Assembly (NCBI GenBank): GCA_030704615.1
Contig: CM060733.1
Location: 30,628,001 to 30,692,000, forward strand
Origin: Takakia lepidozioides
Lineage: Eukaryota; Plantae; Bryophyta
Length of the DNA stretch: 64,000 bases
Reading direction: 5' to 3'
In this document: piece after piece, positions 9,401-21,400 of the stretch
Numbering within the stretch: the stretch's first letter is position 1
Layout of the letters: every line of letters starts with the position of its first letter
The notes under the pieces: generated by a model
Database searches by the model: none
The model's input: the letters and a program-made list of their open reading frames with translations, nothing else
Told to the model about the DNA's origin: nothing
Program-made: the position numbers and the translations under genes

Positions 9401-12400
9401 GTGGTCAGAGGTACCAATATCAGTTCTGTCGATCAACACATTGGCACACTGGGGAAACAAATTTTTGTCCATTATGATATAGTCCACAATGGAACGTTCC
9501 CCAGTTTGGGATTTCTCACGAGTCCACTGCACTTGGTCACCTCTTGTCCTGTTATTCAAGGTCAAAAGCTGAAGCTCTTCCAGACAGTTAATTAACCGTC
9601 TGCCATTAGAATTCAGCTCGTCCTCGCCAAAAGGCCCAATGATATCGTCCTGATGGAGCCCTTTGCCCACCCGGGCATTGAAGTCACCCAATAGCACTAC
9701 CTGACCTTTGGCAAGGAACGAAGCACAGTCCAGCTTTACATCTTCGAAGGCTTTGTCTGCGTCAGCACTAAGGGTCCCCTCTGTGGGCATGTAAACACAA
9801 CCCACAAAGAGGTCCTTCGTACTCATGCCGCCCTTCAGATTCAGTTTTAGCCAGATACTATGCTCGTACCTCAAACCCTTGTTGATAATTTCACAATTAT
9901 CAAACAAGAAATCACGGACAAAGAATCCAACCCCTTTTTGACCCCGTTTGGCAGAGGCTGCCTTGAGAGTACACATCCTACCTGCCCATTTATAACCATT
10001 GACATCTCCAACCAGTTTATCCGATGTTTCCCATGTTTCTTGCCCAGCACAGATATAAATATCATTAGTCCGAAGGACTTGTCCCACTTCGAGTTGTTTC
10101 CTTTGGTTAGTAAGCCCTGAGAAGTTGAAAGTGGCCAGCCGCAAGCCAGCCCTTTGCATGTGAATTGTTTGTCGTCTAGGTAGCTTTTGATTGCTCCTGG
10201 ACGGCGAACCGTTCTGCAAAGGGGGAACAGTTACCCCATGTGTAGATTTTGCTCGTCTTGTGTAGACTTTGAGAATTGGTAAGCCATTCAGGGTACCAAA
10301 TCCTTCGGTTACACGACGCACAGGCTCCGCACACTTAGGGGCATATTGTCCATCAGACTGCTTGGGGAAAATTACCCCGTGTATAGATTTTGCTCGTCTT
10401 GTGTAGACTTTAAGGATTGGTAAACCATTTAGAGTACCAAATCCTTCAGTTACACGACGTTCAGGCTCTGCACACTTAGGGACAGATTGTCCATCTGACG
10501 GCTTGGGGACAATTACCCCGTGTATAGAATTTGTTCGCCTTGTGTAAACCTTGAGGATTGGTAAACCATTCAGAGTACCAAATCCTTCAGATTCAGGACG
10601 TTCAGGTTCTGTACACTTAGGGGCATCTTGTCCTTCTGGCTGTTTGGATTCAACCTCATCCAGAGCATCAAACCGATTAGAAACTCTCAAGTTGAAGTCC
10701 TTGCCCTTGGTTGTCTTCCTAGAGCGCCCCATTGAATCACCAATGTCTAAGACCGCTCTCCAGCCAGTCAAGGGACGAACTTCTTTGAGATTGAATTGAT
10801 GTGGGACTCTATTAGAAGCACTTTTGGACATTGCAACCTTCAACGTACCCCTGTTATCAAGTCTGGAGATGGACACATCGTCCATCCTGGGATTCACCCC
10901 AAAAACTACACATGAAGCCCTAGATTTGGCATAAGTAACCAATTCCCAGGAATCACCCTGGGGAGTGTTGATGTTGATAGGAGCTAAAATATTGATTGAT
11001 CTCGCAGGCTATAAGTTTAAGCACAGGAACCAACCCGAGCCCAAGTGCCGAGTATGCTATACAGAGCATACGACTGCCCAAATTGGGCGGAGGGGCTGCC
11101 CCCAAGCGGTAGGGGTCCGCTTGTTACCATTCAGAGATCACACTCCAGGGAGTTGCAGGGAATGGCCCGTGTAGGCATATTCTAAAGAGGGAAAGGCCCC
11201 AAGCTTTCCAACTAAATCCAATGCACTACCTTACCTGGAGCAAAGCGCTTCAGGTCGAAACAAACAAGGACACGAGGTCACAAGGCCGGCATTTAGTCAC
11301 AGAGACATTAATGTACTCCCGTATCAAGACCACCCAATCGAAATAGGCTTCCTAGAGGACAGAGAGAAACAATAGGAGAAACAGAGAGAAGAATTAACTA
11401 CATCCTTGGGATGCGCAATACAACAGAGAAACCAGGGTTTGGGAGAGGACTCACTTTGCTCGAAGGGAGCGTGTTGCATCCTCCAAGGCATCTTTCTTGT
11501 CACTTATGATATCCAGCAATTCCTCTTCACTTTCAATCTGTTGAGTGTTGCTCTTGATTTGGTCAAGAGCACTGTTCAGCGTCATGAGCCACTCATCCAT
11601 ATTGGCCTGTACACATCAAACCAGGTATTGACTACTAGCCACTTGATGATTTCCATCATACAACAATGATCTGGATGTGAAGTACACTGGACCATGCATC
11701 AAAGAAGAATCCACAGGGGTGTATACCCTTTCTCTCTAGAATCTACACAAGGACTCTGACCTGATGTTCTGGGACAGGGAAGCAGGAGGCCAGGAACAAT
11801 GGAGGACACTTGTCATCACGCAACAAATTGCCATGCAAAATATTTGGCAGTTGCTGATTGACCAAAAATAGTTTCCTGGATGTACTGATGCAACGTCTAC
11901 AATGCACTGGGGAAGCTATGTGAACCAAATTCTAGTATGATTAATCGGGGAATTACTTATGCATAAGTCCAAACATCTCTGGTTTGACTTCATTTGTATC
12001 GAGTCCTGTACCTGCAGGGGGCAAGCCTCAGAAATGAAGGCTTCGACATAACCCTTGTCATTGAGCGCCATTCGTGTGAAGGCTGCACGTGCCTCTCGCT
12101 GGTAGCGCTCTATAGGAGATAAAGGCTCAAGCAGCCTTTGCCTGACATAATGCAGATGACGCTGCAATTGCCGAACAATAAATCCTGCGATGGTTACACC
12201 CTCCTCCAAACTTATGCGATCTGACAATATGATCGATGGAGATATTTCTTCTGGTACATCCATAGCTTGGCTTCCTGCTTCTACAGGTTGAACGTAAGTG
12301 TCAGCAACAACTTAGAAAGAAAGGTCATCATCATGTATCATATCATAGTCTTTGCTTTCACCCCCAATTTGTTGCTGGTTGGTGTGGGGGCTAGCTTATG

Positions 12401-15400
12401 GCAGACACTGATTTATCTCCAGGTTATTCATGCACTCATTTTGTTACGATCACAAGTCAGTTATCAGAAGTGATCATATTGCTACCCTTAATACATCATG
12501 ACAATATGCTACAATGTCACTTTACCCTGTCCTAAGTATTAGTGAGGTTCATTACCTGCAGTTCTCTCAGTCAACCTTGTTGGCCAGAGTTCCTCGGAGG
12601 TTACTCCTGTGTCGGTAGAAAGCTGGAGTAAACTTTCATCGTCACCATCCAGATGATTCTCAATGTCGTTTGTGTTCTCAAGGTTGCCCTCCTCCCTCTC
12701 ATGACCTGTCTTGTCTCCTGATCCGTCCTGCTCACACTGTCCATTGCCAAGCTCAGCAGTATCCAGGTTGAATCTGGACAAACCATTGTCTTCCTTGATC
12801 TCCACTGTTGCAATGAGTAAGTTGTTGCATGTCGCAAATTTCCAGATATGGTCGGGTACTCGTCCAGTGCTCTTTAACAGTATCAAGGGGTCTCCAATCA
12901 CAACCATGGCTCCAGCAAGTGTAGACACAAATTGCCCAATTTTCATTAGCGGTGCTTTCCTGTAATTGAAGGGCTTTTGCATCTCCTTCAGGAAAGTAAT
13001 AGGAAGCCCAGTAAGGATGGGGGATTTTTCCTCAAAGATCATGGTGAAGTTTCTGATTATTTTCGCCTGAATGGTTCCATCCCTGATATTGATGCATATA
13101 GTCATCAGAAGAACCAGCAAGCGAAGGACAGCCATAGGCAGAAATGTGGCATGGTCAAGTTTTGCATGCTGCAGCCAGGTCTCAAATTGGGTGACATGAA
13201 AAAGAAGGTCAAGTATCACATCAACAATACATTTCAAGGTATCTGCAGAAGTTAGACAAACCCAAGTTTATCAGAATGGTGTTTCAAGCTATGTCAAGTC
13301 TACCACTGGTACCTGAGTATCCCACTTGCCATGAGCAGACTCACAGTGCATCTGCGATGATAAAAAACCAGTGTCGGAACAAACACTTTTAGCTAGATCT
13401 CACATAGATGTGAGACTCATTTCATGATGGGACCACAACTGACATTTTGCATCAGGTCAGGGATGAAGACAGAAACACTAGCAAGAGAGAAAAGAAGTTG
13501 GAGGGTTATGAATGTGGTCCAGCAATGCCACCCCACTAAAGCACAGTTCAGAGAAAGACAGTACCTGTAAGTTTACCACAGTCTCTCGTGCATCTGGAAT
13601 TGAGTAACATGGTATAGTAGGGCTCTTGGTGTCTGCCACCCATATGAATCAGAGCCAGATTCTTTGGCAGAACGATGCTCCTCAGATGTGAGGAGCATGT
13701 GCATGTTCTCACTACCACTCTCTCCAACAAGGCCAGGAAAACGAAAGGAGTTATGTACCCCTGTGCCCACCACTGGAGATCGTAGAAGACTGACTTCAAT
13801 GAGATAGTAAAGTTTTGCGCATTCCAACTCCAGAAAAAACATCGACATATGTCCCGTGACACTGCTGTGGAGAGGGTAACACTGTGCTCCCCACAAGAAA
13901 TGCTCCAAAGCTTGAGCATGCATTGGTTTGGCATCTTCTGTAGTGCCCGACCGACAGCCTGGGAACACCTCCCTGAAACCCACTCCTTGCTTAGAAAGGG
14001 GTTCAAAGTAATCAGTTTACCGATTTCGTCGTATGTCATATTCTTGACTGCTGGATCCCCAGCCCCTTTGGTTTTAGTCTGACTAAAATGAACAGCAAGT
14101 GACTCCAAGACAGCCAATGATTTCGCATCCTCTCGTGCAATCAAAACATTTTGCATGCTTTCCAGTTGGTTGGGGATCGCCAGTGTCATATACAGATGCA
14201 TCAAACACAGTTGTTGTCTTTGGCATAGCAGTACTTGTGCTTCTTTTTCCCACGTCCTGCTATCCAGCAATGCTTGTACAACTCTGTATGAATCCACCAT
14301 AAGCTTCAAACGTGCACCTGTTGTAGGCTGGAAATGTCTATCAAGAGTTGAAAATGCAGTCAATTTGTTGTCTGAATTCAAATCTTCCTCGGCCCCTGCG
14401 AATACCTCCGAAACTTTCAACCCAGTGTGCAGTAACTGTCCAACCCAAAACTTCACAGCCAATGATGCAAATGTCATGGTGCCTATTTGACCCCGCTTAT
14501 TTTGCTTGGGAAGAGGCATTACACTGGTATTCTCCAACCAAGCAAAATTCATATCTTCCACTATTAAAGATTGTGGTTGAGAGTGCTTTGCCACCCCTAG
14601 ATGCAGGAAGACAAATTCCAACAAATTTTCATCATCAGCTGTATCCCGCCCCTTCAGGAGTCTCTCAAGGGCCTGTATCAAAGATACCAAAAACTGGCAC
14701 CAGTGTTCCCACACTTCATGTAGTTGAAGATCCTCTGCCTTCTCATAGGCAGCATGTGTGATATTACACCCATTCTTGGGTGCCTGTACAAATTTTATCT
14801 GCGGCGGCTCTGTAGAAGGAGCTGTATACAGAGACTTAAACATGGCTAGGGCTGCATCTATGACAAGGTGGCATGAAATCACTTCAAGCCTAACATTTTT
14901 CTGGGCCTTAGATCTTCCCCAGTTCTCCTTGTATAGCTCAAATGTTCCAGAGTTTACCGATTGCAAAACCTTGATTTCATCTAGTAAGGCAGTGTCAACG
15001 CCATTCCCTTCATTTTCTGCCAGATCTCTAGCTTTCTCCAGCAGCTGGGTTGTCTCATTGGTAGGCCTGAGAGGCCAACCGTTGTTGCCATTCCCCCACA
15101 GCATCTCCAACCACACAACCTGAAGCATTTTCACAACTGCCTGCCCAAAACACCCAGCCTTTTGCAGCAATGCAGCTGAAAGGTTCATATCCCCCTTTGC
15201 CTCTGCCAATTCAGCAGCTTTTGTGAAGTTCCCCGCGGCCTCCTCTATCTCGAGAAGTTGGTCGAAGTAATCTCTCCTGAGGAGAAATGACCTTCTTGAA
15301 ACCAAACTAGGGAACAACAACACAAATCTCATCATCCCTTCCATGTTCTTCTGCTGATGATGATAATGTGCACATTTCTTGAGGAAGTCAGTCTTCACTG

Positions 15401-18400
15401 AGTCGAACTCCTCCCACCCCTTTGCTTCACAGATTGTCTTTCTGCATCCTCTGTGGGCTGACAGTCCATCCGCAGCTTTGGATGGCCCTGTAAACTCTTG
15501 AATACCTTTAATTGCTGTGCCTTTAATGGTTGTCTGACTGTTTCGCTCCAGCTCCCACTCATAGATAAAAGACAATCCAATAACCAGAAGTTTGCCCCGC
15601 CAGCAAGCATTTAGACATTTGTTGGGGCATATGTGGAAGTAGGCATTGGCTGCCTCCCCCCAGCATTTTGCCTCACTGAAGCAGTGTCCGGCATCTTCCA
15701 GTCTAGGAGGAGTACATATGTCTCGATAAACTTGTCCTGTCAGTCAAAACATAAAAACTTTAGTGAACATGGTCAGAATATGATGTCTAGGGCTTCAGAC
15801 AAACAAGAACATATTTGTACCAGACTTTGTGGCGGCTGAGGGCCTTACATCCTGCTCAATTAACAGACATCCTGCGTTGTAATAAGGAATCCCAAGGATG
15901 ACTTGCATGAAATTGAAACAACTTCAGGGTGGAAGTGCATCTGTTACAATAACTTACCAGCTTTCTTATGGTCTCCCAATTTGCTGTAGCATTTTGCTGC
16001 ACTTTCCCCTTTACAGAGAGAGACATATCTCTCGGCAGCATCCCGTAGAAGGCGGCCTGCTTCATGGGGGTTTATGCCTTGCAGCCTCTCTGCGGCCTGC
16101 TGAAGGCTTGCAGCTTTTGCCCATTGAGCCCTGGATGTATCCCCTGCTCGCTCAAAGCATAATTCTGCTGCGTCATAGTGATGCTCATTGAACATCTGTG
16201 CCATGCACACACTAAATATGTTATGTACTATCCTCACGGAGGTATGATCACAAGAAAACAGTTCTGGCTGACTGGCCACACTTAGTCAATGCTCTGGGGT
16301 GCATCCAGACCTAGAAAGCCTCGAAGACCAAGTCTATAATCCAGCCTGCAGGACCTCAGGGGCTTGATTCAAGTACCTTGATTCCTCGCCTTATCCAGTC
16401 CTCCACGGTACTCTTTCCCTGCAATTCTTCAGCAAGGGATGCATCCAACCGCTTCACCTGCACCAGGCCTGCAGCCTTCCAGTAGTCTAGCATGGGGCGA
16501 TGATGCTCAATGCTCTCGTCATAGATCCAAAGCCTCTGCCGTGCCCTTGTCAACACGACGTAGAGTTGTTTCAACTCTGAGCACAAGAGATTGTGCCGAT
16601 TTGGATCAAAATGTGGGAAATTCACCTGGCTCTTCTCCTGTTCTGATAGGGGGATGTGCTCAACCATGAAAGAATAAACCACTCTCCATTTATTTTCCAA
16701 TGGAGAATCAGCAAAAAAGTTGTATAGTAGGACATCCTGCAGCCATGCTCCACAGTTAGGTGAGCCTATCCCCTCTTTGCTGAAGTTGCACTGGATTTCT
16801 AACAGTTCCGATAGCTAGCGTTCATTGTGACTATACTTTGTCAGGCAAGTTCGGACCCCACTTACCACTGTCATGCAGAAAACAGATAGAGGTCTTGTTT
16901 AAAATTTTCATACCTGAAACTCCAGCCCTTTGCATTCATGGACACTGAGGACAAGACCTCTCCGACCAAGCCGATCAACCATCCGGCGCTTGGTCTCAGT
17001 ATCACGGACCAGGATAACCTGCTCTGCTCCAAATTCACAGCCACCTCCCCCAGCCGTCCCTCCTCTATCGAAGAGGGTGGCAACCAAGTCATGATTTTCT
17101 TCTGTTTCCAGAAACACAGGGGTTTCCCCATGAAGCAAGCTGCTTTCAGGATCCAGTTTATCTACAGAGTTTGGGAAAAAGTGGTGCAGTAACTGAACCG
17201 TGCTGTCTGCAATTCTGACAATCCCCATATGTGTCCTGAAGTTCATGCTCAAATGGTGGAGGTCTGGCACCTTGGAGGCTCTTCGACTATATTTGCTGCA
17301 CTGTTGCCCTCTCAGCCCTCCAACAGCCCTACCTGTATTGTTGCCAATCTCATTGTGTTCTGTTGTTGGAGAGATAGAGGGACACAAGTGGGGAAGTTCA
17401 ATTTCCGTCTCTTCCCTTCCGAGAAACTCTGTATAAAACAATCGCCGGATATCTTGAAACCGAAACCCAACACCTCTGGCAATTGTTTGTGCAGTATCAC
17501 CAGCAAACACAAAGCCCTCCTCCAGATTGTCGCAGACAAATTTATAGAGTGCAATCTGGGCCTGCGTGAAATCTTGCACCTCATCAACATATACAAAGTG
17601 CAACTTTTGGCCTAAATACCCTCCATTCCGCAACTGCCAAGAGAGGTGAGATACAAAATCAGCCATATCATAATCCCTAGTTTCTCTTTTTTTCTTCTCA
17701 TACTGCAGGAACACCGAGTAAATGTCCTCTCGCTGCTGTTCATCAAAAATTGAGACCCGCCTTTCAGACATAGCAAGGTAGTCCTTCTTGCTTAGTTGGC
17801 CTGTTGGGTTCCGAAGGGCCTCCAGGCTGCCCTTGATGTAGGACATTATTTCAGTATATACGAGAGAGGCATCCAGCTTTTTGGTCACTCTGGTGTTGAG
17901 ATGCGGCCAATAGAAAGACACAAATCTCTCGTAGTCCACTTCTGTTCGTCTCAGCCGCTGGTCTTTTCTCTGCAGCCCTCCCCTGGTGGTGTCAAGGCCA
18001 CCCTCCAAGGTGATCTCACAGACATCCTCCCCCTCACTGGAGTATCCATTATCTTCCAGAGGATCTATGTTGTCATCTTGGTCTTCCTCAATGCTTTCCC
18101 CATCAGTCAAATTTGCTTCAATATCTGCAGCAGAAGATTCTTCTTCCAGACTAACAATCTTATTATCTGCACATGGACTGGAAGACAAGAAAGGGTTTTC
18201 AATGCTGCCATCGAGCATAGTCAAAAACTTTCGGAAAGTTATGACTAAAGGATATGCATCATTGGGAACATTGGAAAAGTTATTTGGGATCGATCCCATG
18301 AGCTTGGCTTCTTGCTCCTCATCCAGCATCATTTCTTCATAGACCTCATCACTCCCCGGATCTATCCCTCCATCAGCTTCCCGCATTGACCTGCAGGAGA

Positions 18401-21400
18401 TTGCATCATGGCAAAGCACAACATGATCAGATTTAGTAAGAACTGCCTTGAGGCATAGTCCATCAAAACACACAGATGACACACCCAACAAAATGAAATG
18501 GTACGTTATACCGTCTGTGGGAAGCTCAAAGAGCTCATGGAACAAAAAGGGGGCTTGCAAATCCAGAGTCTTCAGTCTCCAAGAACATGATCTTACAGGT
18601 GCTTGCTTTTATATTGCATGACTCTGGCGATCCCAGCAGAAAAGCATCAACAGTTTAGGCAAGCCAACTATCTTGTGAACTTTCTGTGGAGAGGAGCAAG
18701 AGGGGTCCAAGTGCGAGCACCTCGTACCTACGGGTCTTGCCAATATGGTGCTTGACGGCTGCACACAGCTTGGGGCTGAGTGTAACGAGAGCTTGTCTCA
18801 GGACTGCTGTGTCTTTAGAAATTTTCAGACGTCCACAAGCATCGTTTTCAGCTTGCTGGCATACAGACAACATACCGTTTGTTGCAATCCAAAATTTCTG
18901 TTCTCGCTGTAGTAGCTTTGTTGTGATAACAGTTGTTTTTCCAGTTCCAGATCTACCGATGATGAATGAGCTCATCGGATACTGAATAATTGCCGCCTCT
19001 TGTTCATTGACCTCAAAGGGTAACTCCACCTTTGAGCCATCTGAGACTGTCAGCAACTGCCGGGCTATGCCAGAGGAGAGGGAATAGAACTTCATCAACA
19101 GAACACTCTCATCCACTACAGAATTTTCAAGAGGTGGGTTATCTAGTCCATTAGGTGAGCCCCGTGGAGCTCCTCTCTCTCTAGGTTCGCGTCGCTCCAA
19201 AGCCTTGTACCAGGTGAAGTAGGGGTCCCACTCCCATTTAGTGGGGATAACCAATTTTCGAGTCCTGCTCCACAACATTACCCATGTTCAAAACATTCCC
19301 GGTTTCCTAAGGAGGAAAACAAATGAAGTGAAAAAAAAATGAAATGATACTTTTTAACATCGGCCGAAAGATCAAAGAGCTTGACAAGAAAGCATGAAAT
19401 GAAATGAAATGAAATGGTGCTTTATAACGTCCGCGGAAAGCTCGTAGGGCTTATGGGACAAAATGGAAGAGAAACAAGAGAAATAAATGGGACTTTATAA
19501 TGTCCACAGAAAGCTCAGGGAGCTTATGGGGTAAAAAGAAACAAGAAACAAGAAAGAGAACAATAGACAAAGAGTGAAGCCAGAAGCAGAGCCCAAAAGC
19601 AACTACTGCTCAAGCTTCGTGCAGATGGCATTTCTGATCCTCATAATGGAAGACTTCTTTTAGAGACTGTGTTATCTCCCACACATCTCATAGTAAAGAG
19701 GGTAGTAAAAGAAGTGTACAATGGTTGGGCCCCGTGCAGGCTGGGCACAGGCGGTCTTCTCACTGCAGGTTTTCCCACCTACCAGTCTCTATCCGTAAAT
19801 TGTGGGAGCCCACCCTGACCCGCCCCAATGCCTCAGAAGAGAGGGAGATAAAGGTGCACATAGGTAACTAGGCCGCAAGATTCTATCATCATGGAGAGAA
19901 AGGCCCTCCACAAGCAGCCCAAAAACAAATAGTGTTCAAGGGGTTGTCTAAGAGTGGATGCGTCATGCAGATATGCTGATCGCTTTCGATTTCCCTGTTG
20001 TTTCCAGTTAAAGAATGAAACTCTATAACTTCCATCGGAGAAATGATAGCAAGGGGTCGCATAATGCCTTGGTTGTTGTATTCAAGCTTTACCTGTCAAT
20101 ATACTTCTTTGTGCAGCGCTCGATGTAAGTCTGGGTGTATGTCAGATACCCAGCTTCGAGTCGCCTCACAAGCCCAGCAAGATGAGATATATCGACTGCA
20201 TCCCACACCTTGATCACTTGGACAACTGTCGGCCCCTTTTCAACATCAACCGTCCATACCAACAGAAGCCCTGCTACTGGTTGAACCTGTATCAGCTTGG
20301 CAAAAGCTTCAGTGGCAAGGTCTGTGGATGTGGGATATGGTGATCGCTTACCCTTGGCCAAATTGAGCATTGTGTTCAGAAGGAGCTGACGACCTTGAGT
20401 GGACCTCATTTGTGTTATTGTTACCTTCATCTCCTTAGCAAACAGTACCTGTGGGAGAAAATGAAGTTCAAACTATTGATGCAAGCTCCAGCAATGGGGT
20501 CTTCACACAGAAATCATCTGGTGTGTAACCAATTGAGAGTTCATAAATGAACAGCAGAGGTGAATCCAAACTATAGCCGAGCAACGGTAAGTCATCTCAG
20601 ACGACAGCACTAAGCTACAGTCATCTTTACTCACCTTCCACAAAGTCCCATTGAAAAGTATTGACTTTGGGTCAAGCAACTCTGCAAGCTGATTGAGCTC
20701 TTGCTTCACCCTCCTAATGACTTTTGTCATGCCCTCATCAAGTCCTGCAGAGACAAAGCACTTTCTCTGCCTCACATTCTCCAGCAACCTCTTCCAGACT
20801 GGGTCTTTCAATCCCAACGTGCTTGAATTGCCCACAATCCACATGCAATATCTGGAACAAACAACACAATGTTCTTATAAGCTTACAACTCTATTAACTT
20901 TTCAACTACAGAATGTTATATCCTCAGAACCATGGCAAGGTATAATTCTTCCCGGCTGATTGACAATCTGTACGGGATTGCTATGTGAGATTGAACTTTC
21001 TAACTCGTCACACCAACCACGTGAGTCTGGTCACCACACTATGATTGCTATTCTACAAACCTTGGGGGTATTCTTAGTCTAGGACTCAGTAGCTGCATCT
21101 ATTTGAATTGAAATGGAACTTTGAAGAAAGTTACACTGATACAAAAATCAGAAAGCCACGCGCATTCGGAGTCCAGTTTGGCAAGATAATCAGAGTGTCT
21201 TAGTTTTGGAGGACAAACTGGACGTTACCTAGCCCGTGTGATGGCAACATTGAGTCTCCGGTAGTCACTGAGAAACCCAATGATGCCTGATTTATTTGCA
21301 CGAACAGCTGAAAAGATGATGACATCTTTCTCTCTCCCCTGGAAACCATCAACTGACTTCACTTCAACATCCACACTGCCAGTGTGACCCTTGGTCTGTT

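Larger units (their letters stand above)
7344..11368 (-). mobile_element. Non-LTR retrotransposon (LINE; APE endonuclease + RT + C-terminal Cys/His knuckle remnant) in the last intron of the helicase gene; internally deleted
   Basis: ORF 7691-10942 has endonuclease motifs ([36 protein letters not shown]) and RT motifs ([40 protein letters not shown]). After KWQWG the sequence jumps at ~7720 to [11 protein letters not shown] in another frame. Flanked by an exact 17-bp direct repeat ACAATAGGAGAAACAGA (7327-7343 and 11369-11385). Confidence 0.92.
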
